DNA from: Terriglobia bacterium
GTDB lineage: Bacteria; Acidobacteriota; Terriglobia; 2-12-FULL-54-10
Length of the DNA: 64,000 bases
Direction of reading: 5' to 3'
NCBI GenBank assembly: GCA_963666975.2
Contig: CAXVYR010000004.1
Coordinates: forward strand, 256,001-320,000
Shown: in pieces, positions 45,708 to 55,058 of the stretch
How the letters are laid out: every line of letters starts with the position of its first letter
Numbering within the stretch: position 1 is the first letter of the stretch
Notes under the pieces: model-generated
The model's input: the letters and a program-made list of their open reading frames with translations, nothing else
Database searches by the model: none
Told to the model about the DNA's origin: nothing
Made by a program: the position numbers and the translations under genes

Positions 45708-46727
45708 ATGAACGGCAAACCGCACATTGACCAAATCGTTCCGCGAGCGGCCATCGCGGGCGGAGAAATACAAATCCGGGGCCGCGACTTCTGTTCCGAC
45801 GGACAGCAGCGTCCATCGGTAACCTTCGCCGGGGTGGAGGCGAATCTGCTCGTCAGTTCCGACCGCTATCTTGTGGCCTGCGTTCCGGAGGGAGCCACGT
45901 CCGGCGACCTCACAGTCGGCACCCCGAAGGACCGCAGCGACCCCGTTCCGGTAGAGATCGGCGTTGCGATTGCCGACAACCTCCACCCGGTGGCCAACCC
46001 GGCGCTCGACAGGGACGGCAATATCTATGCGACGTTCAGCGGATCTCGCGGCCAAAAGGTCCCCGTTGGCGTTTATAAGATCGACACGAATTACAACGTG
46101 CAGCCGTTTCTCCCCGATTTGATGAACCCGACCGGGCTGGCCGTTGACCGCGAAAACTTTCTGTACATTTCGAGCCGGTTTGACGGCAACATCTACCGGG
46201 CAGCTCCCGACGGGAGCATGACCATCTACGCGGAAGGGATGGGAATCGCCACCGGCATTGCCTTTGACGAAAGAGGGTTTCTCTACGTGGGCGACCGGAG
46301 CGGGACGATATTCAAGATTTCCTCCGACCGCCAAATCTTTGTTTTCGCCACGCTCGAACCCAGTATCGCCGCATACCACCTGGCATTCGGGCCGGGAGGT
46401 TTCCTCTACATCACCGGCCCCACCACCTCCAGCTATGACTGCATCTACCGAATCTCCCAGGCTGGCGAGGTGGAAACGTTCTTCCGCGGTTTGGGCCGGC
46501 CACAAGGCATGGCCTTTGACCGGGAGGACAACATGTACGTGGCGGCCTCGCATAGCGGCCGAAAGGGAATCTTCCGAATCACTTCGCAGGGACAAACTGA
46601 ACTGGTAGTCTCCGGAGCGGGTTTGCTGGGCTTGGCCTTTACCCGCGGGGCAGCCGCGATCCTGGTCAGCAACCAGTCGGTATACCACCTGAATTGGAGC
46701 GTCCCGGGAAAGTTTCCGCCGGCATGA
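45708..46727 (+). CDS. IPT/TIG domain plus SMP-30/NHL beta-propeller protein
   Basis: N-terminal IPT-like VPEGATSG; blades NPTGLAVD, ATGIAFD, RPQGMAFD. Confidence 0.75.
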   Translation: MNGKPHIDQIVPRAAIAGGEIQIRGRDFCSDGQQRPSVTFAGVEANLLVSSDRYLVACVPEGATSGDLTVGTPKDRSDPVPVEIGVAIADNLHPVANPALDRDGNIYATFSGSRGQKVPVGVYKIDTNYNVQPFLPDLMNPTGLAVDRENFLYISSRFDGNIYRAAPDGSMTIYAEGMGIATGIAFDERGFLYVGDRSGTIFKISSDRQIFVFATLEPSIAAYHLAFGPGGFLYITGPTTSSYDCIYRISQAGEVETFFRGLGRPQGMAFDREDNMYVAASHSGRKGIFRITSQGQTELVVSGAGLLGLAFTRGAAAILVSNQSVYHLNWSVPGKFPPA

Positions 46728-46863
46728 AGCCGTTTGATGCCCCGGCTACAGAGAAAATAGTGACCAGGACACGGAGAGAACGGACTCGGAAGCGTGACGC
46801 CGGTTCTCTGCCATTTCTTTTTTTCCGGAATCTCATCCCGTCCTGTGCTCCCTTCCTGTCGTA

Positions 46864-48114
46864 ATGAATGCAGAGATTATTGCTATCGGCTCTGAACTGC
46901 TTACCCCGCATCGGTCCGACACGAACTCCCTTTTTCTTACCGAGCAATTGAACCGGATCGGTGTCGATGTTGTTTTCAAGACTGTGGTAGGAGATGACAA
47001 AACCCGCTTGACCGCCACAGTCTCTCTGGCGCTGCAGCGCTCGGGAATTACCCTTACCATCGGCGGTCTGGGCCCTACAGGCGATGACCTGACACGGGAA
47101 TGCGTCGCAGCCGCTCTGGGGCGGGAACTGCGGAGAGACGAGGCGCTGGTGGGACCGATGGAAGCCCGTTTTCGCGCCCGCGGCCTGCGGATGCCGGAAA
47201 TCAACCTCCGGCAAACCATGGTCATCGAGGGATCCACCGTCCTTCCCAATCGCAACGGCACTGCGCCTGGATTGTGGATCGAAGAGCAGGGAAAAATTAT
47301 TATTCTCCTTCCCGGCCCGCCCCGGGAGCTTTGCCCATTGTTCGAGCATGGCTGCCTGCCCCGGTTGCGAGAGCATGTTCCCCCAGCGGTTATACGGACC
47401 CGGGAACTTCGTCTGACGGGGCTGACCGAGTCTGCCACCGAGGAGAGGATCGCGCCCATCTATACACGGTATAAAAATCCGGTCACCACGATCCTGGCCA
47501 CCTTGGGAGAAATTCAAATTCACCTGAAAAGTTTCGGGAAAGACGAAGCGGAAGCGCAAGCCCCGCTCGATGAGCTTTCTCCGCAACTGGAAAAAGTTCT
47601 CGGCAAGCATGTCTTTTCGACGCGCAGCGAGAGCATGGAAGAGGTAGCCGGAAACTGCCTGCTCCACAACAAGGCGACGGTTGCCGTTGCAGAGAGTTGT
47701 ACGGGGGGGCTGCTGGCCCAGCGGCTGACCAGCGTTTCCGGCAGCTCTGCCTATTTTCTGGGAGGCGTTGTCTGCTACAGCAACGCGGTAAAGATGGACT
47801 GGCTGGGCGTCCCCGCAGAGGTCCTGGAAACTCACGGGGCAGTCAGCGCTGCCGTGGCTCAAGCTCTTGCGGAAGGGATTCGGCAGCGAGCCGGCTCGAC
47901 CTTTGGCATAGGCATCACAGGAATTGCCGGCCCCACCGGCGGGATTTCCGAAAAGCCTGTGGGCTTGGTCTATTTAGCTTTGGCTGGCGGCGGCCAAACT
48001 CAGGCGCTCGAAAGGCGCTATCCGGGAGAACGGAAGACGATCCGCTGGCAAGCAACCCAATCGGCTCTGGATATGCTGCGTCGCTCCTTGCTGAAAGGGG
48101 AGCAAGAATTGTAA
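46864..48114 (+). CDS. cinA: Competence/damage-inducible protein CinA (NMN deamidase domain)
   Basis: IGSELL, GGLGPTGDDLT, NGTAPG, LPGPPRE, AESCTGG, GAVS, TGIAGP. Confidence 0.95.
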   Translation: MNAEIIAIGSELLTPHRSDTNSLFLTEQLNRIGVDVVFKTVVGDDKTRLTATVSLALQRSGITLTIGGLGPTGDDLTRECVAAALGRELRRDEALVGPMEARFRARGLRMPEINLRQTMVIEGSTVLPNRNGTAPGLWIEEQGKIIILLPGPPRELCPLFEHGCLPRLREHVPPAVIRTRELRLTGLTESATEERIAPIYTRYKNPVTTILATLGEIQIHLKSFGKDEAEAQAPLDELSPQLEKVLGKHVFSTRSESMEEVAGNCLLHNKATVAVAESCTGGLLAQRLTSVSGSSAYFLGGVVCYSNAVKMDWLGVPAEVLETHGAVSAAVAQALAEGIRQRAGSTFGIGITGIAGPTGGISEKPVGLVYLALAGGGQTQALERRYPGERKTIRWQATQSALDMLRRSLLKGEQEL

Positions 48115-48156
48115 ACTTTCGCCCGCTCCTAGTTCGCATCCGGGACATGATCGCAT

Positions 48157-48717
48157 ATGCGCGCTTTTGTGGCTGTTGAGATACCAGAGGAGATTCGCAA
48201 TAGAATTGCCGACTTGATCCAAGCGTTGCAGCCAACAGCTCCAAAGGTTCGCTGGGCGCGCGCCGGGGGATTGCACATCACTTTGAAATTCCTTGGCGAG
48301 ATTTCGGAACAACAGGTGGAGGAAATCAAAACTCAGCTGACGTCGGTGCAATCGGCTACGCCCCTTCACTTGCAAATTCAAGGGGCAGGTTATTTTCCGA
48401 ATGAACGCTCCCCGCGAGTGGTCTGGCTCGGAGTGGAATCCGGAGCAGCATTGCCTGAACTGGCCAGCCAGGTAGAGAAGCGCCTTGCAACGCTGGGCCT
48501 GGCAAAAGAGGATCGTCCCTTTTCCGCTCACCTGACTTTGGGAAGGTTGCAGAGGCCCGGCAAACTGGATGCCCTCCGGGAGGAGTTGCGGAAACGGGAG
48601 CCGCTGGCGCTGGGTTCGTTCACTACGGATGAGTTTTCCCTCTACGAAAGCAAACTGTCGCCCCGTGGGTCTATCTACCGGCAGATTGCCCGCTTCCCGA
48701 TCGGCCAGAGCGGTTGA
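48157..48717 (+). CDS. thpR: RNA 2',3'-cyclic phosphodiesterase (2H family)
   Basis: MRAFVAV, HITLKFLG, FSAHLTLGR. Confidence 0.93.
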   Translation: MRAFVAVEIPEEIRNRIADLIQALQPTAPKVRWARAGGLHITLKFLGEISEQQVEEIKTQLTSVQSATPLHLQIQGAGYFPNERSPRVVWLGVESGAALPELASQVEKRLATLGLAKEDRPFSAHLTLGRLQRPGKLDALREELRKREPLALGSFTTDEFSLYESKLSPRGSIYRQIARFPIGQSG

Positions 48718-48759
48718 TGAGTTTGCCATGCGGTTTCTGTCCCTGAACAATTGGAGGAT

Positions 48760-49758
48760 ATGAGAAACGTCGCCATCATCGGAGCCGGAGGCTGGGGAAC
48801 CGCTTTGGCGATTGCACTCGCCCGCAAGGCCGGGACGATCCGCCTCTGGGTTTTCGAGCCGGATTTGTGCGAAAGCCTCCGCAAAACCCGTGTGAATGAC
48901 CTCTATCTTCCCGGCTTCCCAATACCGAAAAACGTGGAGCCGACCGGCGATCTTTCCGTTGCTCTGGCGGGAGCGGAGATGATTCTCTCCGTGCCGCCCT
49001 CGCATCACCTCCGCGGCGTATACCGGCAAATGCTCCCCTGGCTGGAACCGCATCAGGTATTTGTCAGCGCCACAAAAGGCCTGGAAAACAACACGCTGCT
49101 GCGGATGAGCCAGGTCATCGAGGAAAGTTTGCAAGCGAAGTTCCGGCCGAAGCTGGCCGTGATTTCCGGCCCCACTTTTTCCAAGGAAGTCGCCCAAGGC
49201 CAGCCCGCCGCCCTGGTGGTCGCTTCCAGCGACGAGTCGCTGGCGCTGCGCGTTCAGCGGGAATTCTCACACTCCGCGTTTCGACTGTATACCAACACCG
49301 ACGTGGTGGGCGTAGAGGTGGGAGGCGCCGTCAAAAATGTGATCGCCATCGCGGCCGGAGTTTGTGACGGGCTCGGCATGGGTGCAAACGCCATCGCTGC
49401 GCTGATCACCCGGGGGCTCTCCGAGATCACACGGCTGGCCTGCGCCTGCGGCGGCCGCCGCGAGACGATGGCCGGGCTGGCGGGATTGGGCGATCTGGTG
49501 CTGACCTGTACCGGCGGCTTGAGCCGGAATCGCACGGTCGGCGCCGAATTGGGAAAAGGCCGGAGCCTGGCGGAAATCCTGAAACCGATGCGGATGGTGG
49601 CCGAAGGAATCAATACCACCGCCGCCACCCTGCAACTAGCCCGTCAAAAGGGCGTGGAAATGCCCATCACCGAGCAAATGCACGCTTTGCTCTACCACAA
49701 CTGCTCGCCGCAAGATGCCGTCCGGAACCTGATGGAAAGAAGCTTGAAGGCTGAATAG
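48760..49758 (+). CDS. gpsA: NAD(P)H-dependent glycerol-3-phosphate dehydrogenase
   Basis: GAGGWGTALA, ATKGLE, SGPTF, KNVIAIAAG, GLGDLVLTC..SRN. Confidence 0.96.
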   Translation: MRNVAIIGAGGWGTALAIALARKAGTIRLWVFEPDLCESLRKTRVNDLYLPGFPIPKNVEPTGDLSVALAGAEMILSVPPSHHLRGVYRQMLPWLEPHQVFVSATKGLENNTLLRMSQVIEESLQAKFRPKLAVISGPTFSKEVAQGQPAALVVASSDESLALRVQREFSHSAFRLYTNTDVVGVEVGGAVKNVIAIAAGVCDGLGMGANAIAALITRGLSEITRLACACGGRRETMAGLAGLGDLVLTCTGGLSRNRTVGAELGKGRSLAEILKPMRMVAEGINTTAATLQLARQKGVEMPITEQMHALLYHNCSPQDAVRNLMERSLKAE

Positions 49759-49880
49759 AAACTCCGGCCGCTATTCGCCCAACGGAAAGTTGAGCTTGCC
49801 CTGAACGATTGAATCCAGAAAAAATGTCGATCCGCTGGCAGCGCTTCCGGCTGTTTAGCGCAAGTGATGTGAGAGCACAC

Positions 49881-50870
49881 TCACTCGGCGTCAGCCGTTC
49901 GGCTGTGTTCCAATTCCCAATCCAGCAGGATTTTCAACCGCTCGAAAGGCTGGTTCCCGACCAGCAGCCTGCCGTTGATGAACAACGTGGGAGTGGATTG
50001 CACTCCCAGGCTGCGGCCTTCCTGGAACGAACGGGTCACTTCCAACTCGATATCAGGGGCGTCCATCGTTTCCTGAAGTTTGTCCGCATCGATACCCTTC
50101 TCTGCGGCAAACTCCATCACCTTGGCCGGGAGGTTTTCGACCGTGATCGTTCCCTGATTCTCGAAAATCCAATCGTGATATTCCCAAAACAGGGAAGGTT
50201 GTAACCTGTAAATCGCCCGTCCCGCCACAGCCGCCCTCATCGCCCAGGGATGGATATTGGATAAAGGGAAATCTTTGAAAACCAGGCGCACCGTTTCTCC
50301 GTATGCTTCCGGCAATTGCTTGCGAAGCATATCTGACATCTGCTTGCAGTACTGGCACTGAAAATCGCTGTACTCCACCACGGTCACGGGAGCCTGTGCC
50401 GGGCCTTGGGAGGGTTGTCCTTGCAGATCGATTTGCTGGCGAGTGAGCAGATAAGGGTCCTGGTTGAGATCATGCAGTTGTCCACGGAAAATATGGCTGC
50501 CATCGGGAGACAGGTAGACCACTTCCCGGTGCATGCCACCACCGCTGCTAGCCTCAACCGCTACCTGCCGCAAAGAGGGAATGGGGGAACTCTCTGGAGA
50601 GCCGACACTCACCTCCACCTTATCCTTGGGCCATCCGTACAGGTGACGCAGGTAGTTTTCAACCAATTTTTGTTCAGGGGTTTGCTCCTTCCGTTGCGCC
50701 GAAGTGTCTGCAGAAGCATCCCCGCCAGCGGAAACCAAAGGCCTCTCGCCTTCCTGGGTGGACTGTGCAGCAGTAGCCGTCAGGCCTCCCCCTGCCACGC
50801 AGAGAACACCCCAGAGAACAACTCCAGGAACAACAAAGGAGCTCAACCTTCTTCCGCAGGAGAAATTCAT
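49881..50870 (-). CDS. DsbA/DsbG-like thioredoxin-fold protein
   Basis: Signal peptide; EYSDFQCQYC, FPL..HPWA, GVQSTPT. Confidence 0.9.
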   Translation of the reverse strand: MNFSCGRRLSSFVVPGVVLWGVLCVAGGGLTATAAQSTQEGERPLVSAGGDASADTSAQRKEQTPEQKLVENYLRHLYGWPKDKVEVSVGSPESSPIPSLRQVAVEASSGGGMHREVVYLSPDGSHIFRGQLHDLNQDPYLLTRQQIDLQGQPSQGPAQAPVTVVEYSDFQCQYCKQMSDMLRKQLPEAYGETVRLVFKDFPLSNIHPWAMRAAVAGRAIYRLQPSLFWEYHDWIFENQGTITVENLPAKVMEFAAEKGIDADKLQETMDAPDIELEVTRSFQEGRSLGVQSTPTLFINGRLLVGNQPFERLKILLDWELEHSRTADAE

Positions 50871-50986
50871 CGGCCTCGACCCGCCTTTCCCAAGTTTTTG
50901 TAGGCCTTTCGTGACGGCGCCGCGCGAGCACTTGGTCTCTATGATACAATTTTTCAGGGCAAAAAGCTGCGGGAATTGGGCCGAGC

Positions 50987-53293
50987 GTGAGCATCCTTCA
51001 TCGCCAGATCCTCAAAGAGGTATTTTCCCACGGGTTACTGGGTCTTCTGCTGTTCACCTTTCTCTTATTTCTGCGCGACACCACCAAGTTGCTGGAGTTG
51101 CTGCTCCGCGACACTTCCTCTTTCGGCGACATCATTTACCTGGCCCTGCTGGCCTTCCCCGCCGTCCTGACGTTCACCATCCCCATGGCCGTGCTGGCGG
51201 GAATCCTGCTGGGGCTGAGCCGTATGGCCAGCGACGGTGAAGTAACGGCCCTGCGCGCCGCCGGAATCGGCGTCCGGACATTTTTTCTTCCCGTTGGCAT
51301 CCTGGCGACACTCGGCTGCGCCTTGGCCGTTTACATGTCGGCTTCCCTGGCTCCCAGCGCCAACAGCGCCCGGGTGGAGATTGAACGGCAGATCGGGTTG
51401 CGCCAAATCTCAGCCGAACTGCAACCCCGCGTCTTTGAGGAACGATTTCCCAACTTGGTCATCTATGTGCAAGACGTAGTGAGCGGCACTTCCCCCCTCT
51501 GGAAGGGAATTTTTCTGGCCGATCTTTCCTCGCCCGCAGGACCCAAGGTAACCCTGGCACGAGAGGGAATTCCCATCAGTGACCCAGATCAACACCAATT
51601 GCAATTCCACCTGAGACGCGGAAGTATCCATGAAGCAGCCGAGCAGCCGGACGAATACACCATCGCCACTTTTTCCGAGACCGATATACCTGTCAGTCTG
51701 CCGGTTCCCCCTCCTCCTGCCGTAAAACCGAACACCCAGAGCACTGCCGCAGAACTGTTCCGCGTACCGCCATCCAGGACAGAATGGCTGGAGGCGCGCG
51801 TGGAGCTTCACCGCCGCTTCGCCCTGCCCTTTGCCACCCTCCTGCTGGCGCTGGTGGGAATCCCCCTCGGCCTTTCTTCTCACAAGGGGGGGAAGTCCAT
51901 GGGGATTGTGCTAACGGTTCTGATCGTCGTGCTTTATTACACCTTGTTCGTCGGCGGAATCAGCCTGGCGCGCCAAGGCTGGCTGGCACCGTGGGCCGGA
52001 GTTTGGGCCGCAAACCTTGTGTTCCTGCTTCTGGGGATTATTCTGCTGACGCGAGTAGACCGCGTCTCGCCGAGTTTCGGCTGGCTGGGTTCCCTGGAAC
52101 GGCTGCCGGAAACTTTCCAGGGTTGGCTGTCCCGGCTGGGTTACCGGAAGCGCCGAAGGACAGGACTCTCCCAGTCTTCGGCTTCCTGGAGCCTCAACAC
52201 CGCGACGATCCTGGACCGTTACGTCATCCGGGGCTTTCTCTTCTATCTGGCCGTCACGCTGGCTGCGTTTCTATTGGTCATCGAAATAGTCATCTTGTTT
52301 ATTGACCTTCTGGATGACGTGATTCGCAACGATATTCCTGTCGCCATGGTGCTCGATTACTTCCTGCATTTCACCCCGCAACTGATCTATCTGACAACCC
52401 CTCTCGGAGTGTTGGTGGCGGTCCTGGTGTGCTTCGGAATCCTCAGCCAGAACAATGAAATCACGGCAGTCAAAGCTTCCGGCGTGAGCCTGTTCCGGTT
52501 TACGCTGCCTGTGCTTGTAGTGGCTGGCCTGCTGAGCGTTGGATTGTTCTTTTTTGAGCATTTTTATGTGCCCACCGCCAACCGCCATCAGGACGCCGTG
52601 CTCAACCGCATCAAGGGACGCCCCGCGCAGACCTACCACCGTCCGGATCGCAAGTGGATCTTCGGACAGGAATCGAGGATCTACTACTACAATTATTTTG
52701 AGCCATCCGAGCAGGTGCTGGGCGGCGTGACGGTTTTCGACCTCGATCCCGACACCTTCCAGATCACCCGCCGCGTGGCTGCCTCCCGTGCATACTGGTC
52801 ATCCTCTTTGTCGGGATGGGTTTTTGAGAACGGCTGGGTTCGCGACCTGCGCTACGGCACGGTGGTCAGCTTTGAGCAGTTTGGAGTGCGCCTGTTCCCG
52901 GAGCTCACCGAAGAGCCTTCGTATTTTCTGAAAGAGAGCACGCCATCCTCGCAGATGAACTTCCTCGAACTGCGGACCTACATCCAAGACCTGCAGCAAA
53001 GCGGCTTTGATGTTGTCCCGCTGTCGGTCCAACTGCACAAGAAATTCTCCTTCCCGGCCATCACCTTCATCATGGCGCTGATCGGCATACCGTTCGCCTT
53101 TTCAGGCGGCAAGAAAGGAGCGCTGCGAGGCATTGCGCTGAGCTTCGTCATCGCCATCGCTTACTTAATGGTCAGCCACCTTTTCGAGGCCCTGGGCACG
53201 CTCAACGAGCTGCCGCCCATCGCCGCAGCATGGTCTCCCAATCTGATCTTCGGTCTGGGAGGTCTCTATATGTTTTTGAAGATGGAGACCTGA
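50987..53293 (+). CDS. Fused LptF/LptG LPS export permease
   Basis: Two YjgP/Q halves: DGEVTALRAAG and NNEITAVKASG; ELHRRFALP and LHKKFSFP. Confidence 0.92.
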   Translation: MSILHRQILKEVFSHGLLGLLLFTFLLFLRDTTKLLELLLRDTSSFGDIIYLALLAFPAVLTFTIPMAVLAGILLGLSRMASDGEVTALRAAGIGVRTFFLPVGILATLGCALAVYMSASLAPSANSARVEIERQIGLRQISAELQPRVFEERFPNLVIYVQDVVSGTSPLWKGIFLADLSSPAGPKVTLAREGIPISDPDQHQLQFHLRRGSIHEAAEQPDEYTIATFSETDIPVSLPVPPPPAVKPNTQSTAAELFRVPPSRTEWLEARVELHRRFALPFATLLLALVGIPLGLSSHKGGKSMGIVLTVLIVVLYYTLFVGGISLARQGWLAPWAGVWAANLVFLLLGIILLTRVDRVSPSFGWLGSLERLPETFQGWLSRLGYRKRRRTGLSQSSASWSLNTATILDRYVIRGFLFYLAVTLAAFLLVIEIVILFIDLLDDVIRNDIPVAMVLDYFLHFTPQLIYLTTPLGVLVAVLVCFGILSQNNEITAVKASGVSLFRFTLPVLVVAGLLSVGLFFFEHFYVPTANRHQDAVLNRIKGRPAQTYHRPDRKWIFGQESRIYYYNYFEPSEQVLGGVTVFDLDPDTFQITRRVAASRAYWSSSLSGWVFENGWVRDLRYGTVVSFEQFGVRLFPELTEEPSYFLKESTPSSQMNFLELRTYIQDLQQSGFDVVPLSVQLHKKFSFPAITFIMALIGIPFAFSGGKKGALRGIALSFVIAIAYLMVSHLFEALGTLNELPPIAAAWSPNLIFGLGGLYMFLKMET

Positions 53294-53325
53294 GGGGAAC
53301 TCCGCCCGGCATCTGACAAGAGCAT

Positions 53326-54393
53326 TTAGCCGGTCGGCTGCGTAAACTCCGCAAGCTTTTGGAGAGTCCGGAGAGCGTTGCCGCAATCGACGGACTGCGC
53401 GGCCACTTGAACTCCCTCGGCCAGGTCGAGGGCCTTGCCTCCGCAGACGATGCCGGGCGCGGCGTTGAGCAAAACAACATTCCGCCGGGGTCCCGCCTCC
53501 CCGCGCAAAACGGACAAAACCATCTCGGCATTTTGCCGCGCATCCCCTCCCGCCAGCTCTTCCAGGCGAACGGCAGGGAAGCCGAAATCTCCCGGCTCGA
53601 TCCGGCTCGCGCGGGTCTGGCCGTCTTGCACCTCCACCAACTCCGTCGGTCCGGTGTTGGTGATTTCGTCCAGCCCATCCGAGCCATGGAAAACAAAGGC
53701 ACGGCGCACTCCCATTCGGGCCACCACGCGAGCCACGGTGCGGGTAATTTCCGCCGCATGAACTCCCAGCACCAGGGCCGGCGCCCCGCCGGGGTTGAGC
53801 ATGGGCAGCAGCAGGTTGAAAGCGGTCGGGACGGGGATGTCCTCATAAGCAAAGAGCATGCGTTCCATCGCCTCGCTGATCACCGGCTCAAATACAAAAC
53901 CCAGACCAACGTCGGCAACGCTTTGCGCGATCTTCCAGGCGGGGATGCGCGTGTTTACACCCAAAGCCTCCAGCACGCCCGCGCTTTCCAGTTCGCTGTT
54001 TCCGGAGCGGTGTCCCTGTTCCAGAACATGGATTCCCGCCCCGGCGACTACGAATGCTACCGCCGAGGAGATATTGAAAGTAGCAGCAGGCTCCGCAGCG
54101 CCCACGACTCCCCCTGCTGGCACAGCCGGGTGCGACAGCATTCGCCGCTCGGTGTTGGAAAGGCCGACCTCCACCGGGCCATATTGGTTGAACAGGTAAG
54201 TCTTGCCCTGGAGGGTTTGAGCCATTCCCAACAGCTCTGATTCTGTCTCCCCCTTCATGGCCAATGTCACCAGCAGCGCGGCCATCTGCGTGGAGGATGC
54301 CTGGCCGGAAAGAATCTCTTCCATGGCGGCCGAGGCTTCGGCAGCGGCGAGGTCACTGCGGCCCAATACTTTTTCCAACGTTTCGAGAATCAT
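53326..54393 (-). CDS. Anthranilate phosphoribosyltransferase-like protein with degenerate active site
   Basis: TFNIS, LEALG, FNLL.P.LNP, HGSDGLDEIT, LLNAA retained; GTGGD and KHGN lost; start 54393 or 54423. Confidence 0.8.
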   Translation of the reverse strand: MILETLEKVLGRSDLAAAEASAAMEEILSGQASSTQMAALLVTLAMKGETESELLGMAQTLQGKTYLFNQYGPVEVGLSNTERRMLSHPAVPAGGVVGAAEPAATFNISSAVAFVVAGAGIHVLEQGHRSGNSELESAGVLEALGVNTRIPAWKIAQSVADVGLGFVFEPVISEAMERMLFAYEDIPVPTAFNLLLPMLNPGGAPALVLGVHAAEITRTVARVVARMGVRRAFVFHGSDGLDEITNTGPTELVEVQDGQTRASRIEPGDFGFPAVRLEELAGGDARQNAEMVLSVLRGEAGPRRNVVLLNAAPGIVCGGKALDLAEGVQVAAQSVDCGNALRTLQKLAEFTQPTG

Positions 54394-54631
54394 CAGTTTG
54401 TCCAAAAGTGATTGCCAAGCCATTCATCATACATAAAGCCTCGCAAAACATGCGACAGGAAATGTGGCCGCTTTACCTTGTGCTGACAAACGTGCTGACA
54501 AACGGCTCGACCACCGGGAAAGTTTGTGGCAATATCGGACCGGGTTTTAACCATCCCAACCCAGCGTGCAGAATAGGGTTGTGAGAGCCGAACCCGCCAT
54601 GATCTCCCGGCTGGCCTGCACTGACGGCTTT

Positions 54632-54640
54632 TGTTAGAAT
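54632..54640 (+). promoter_or_regulatory. Extended -10 promoter of tRNA-Ser(GCT)
   Basis: TGtTAGAAT about 50 bp upstream of the tRNA; hairpin CCGAAGG-tct-CCTTCGG in the leader. Confidence 0.5.
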
Positions 54641-54688
54641 GAACTGCAAAGCATTCCGGGCCGAAGGTCTCCTTCGGTTCGAGCACGC

Positions 54689-54787
<99 letters not shown>

Positions 54788-55058
54788 GTTTTTTAGAAGC
54801 AATTACATCGGTTATGAGAGTCTCTGCATCGCGGTAGTGTAACAAGCCTCCTGCACGGAAACGAATTTCACCCTCCGAAGTCCGCAGGACGTTAGGAGGC
54901 CCCACAACGATAATCCATGCAGGATTGTGCTAGTCTGGTTTGCGCAGAGTCTTGCCTCCCGTGACGGAAATTTATTGAGGTCACCACACCTTCTTTTTCT
55001 TTTCAATCCGCGCAGAGGCGTGATTGATCTCCAGGGCAGGATTCGCCGGAACCCAATT

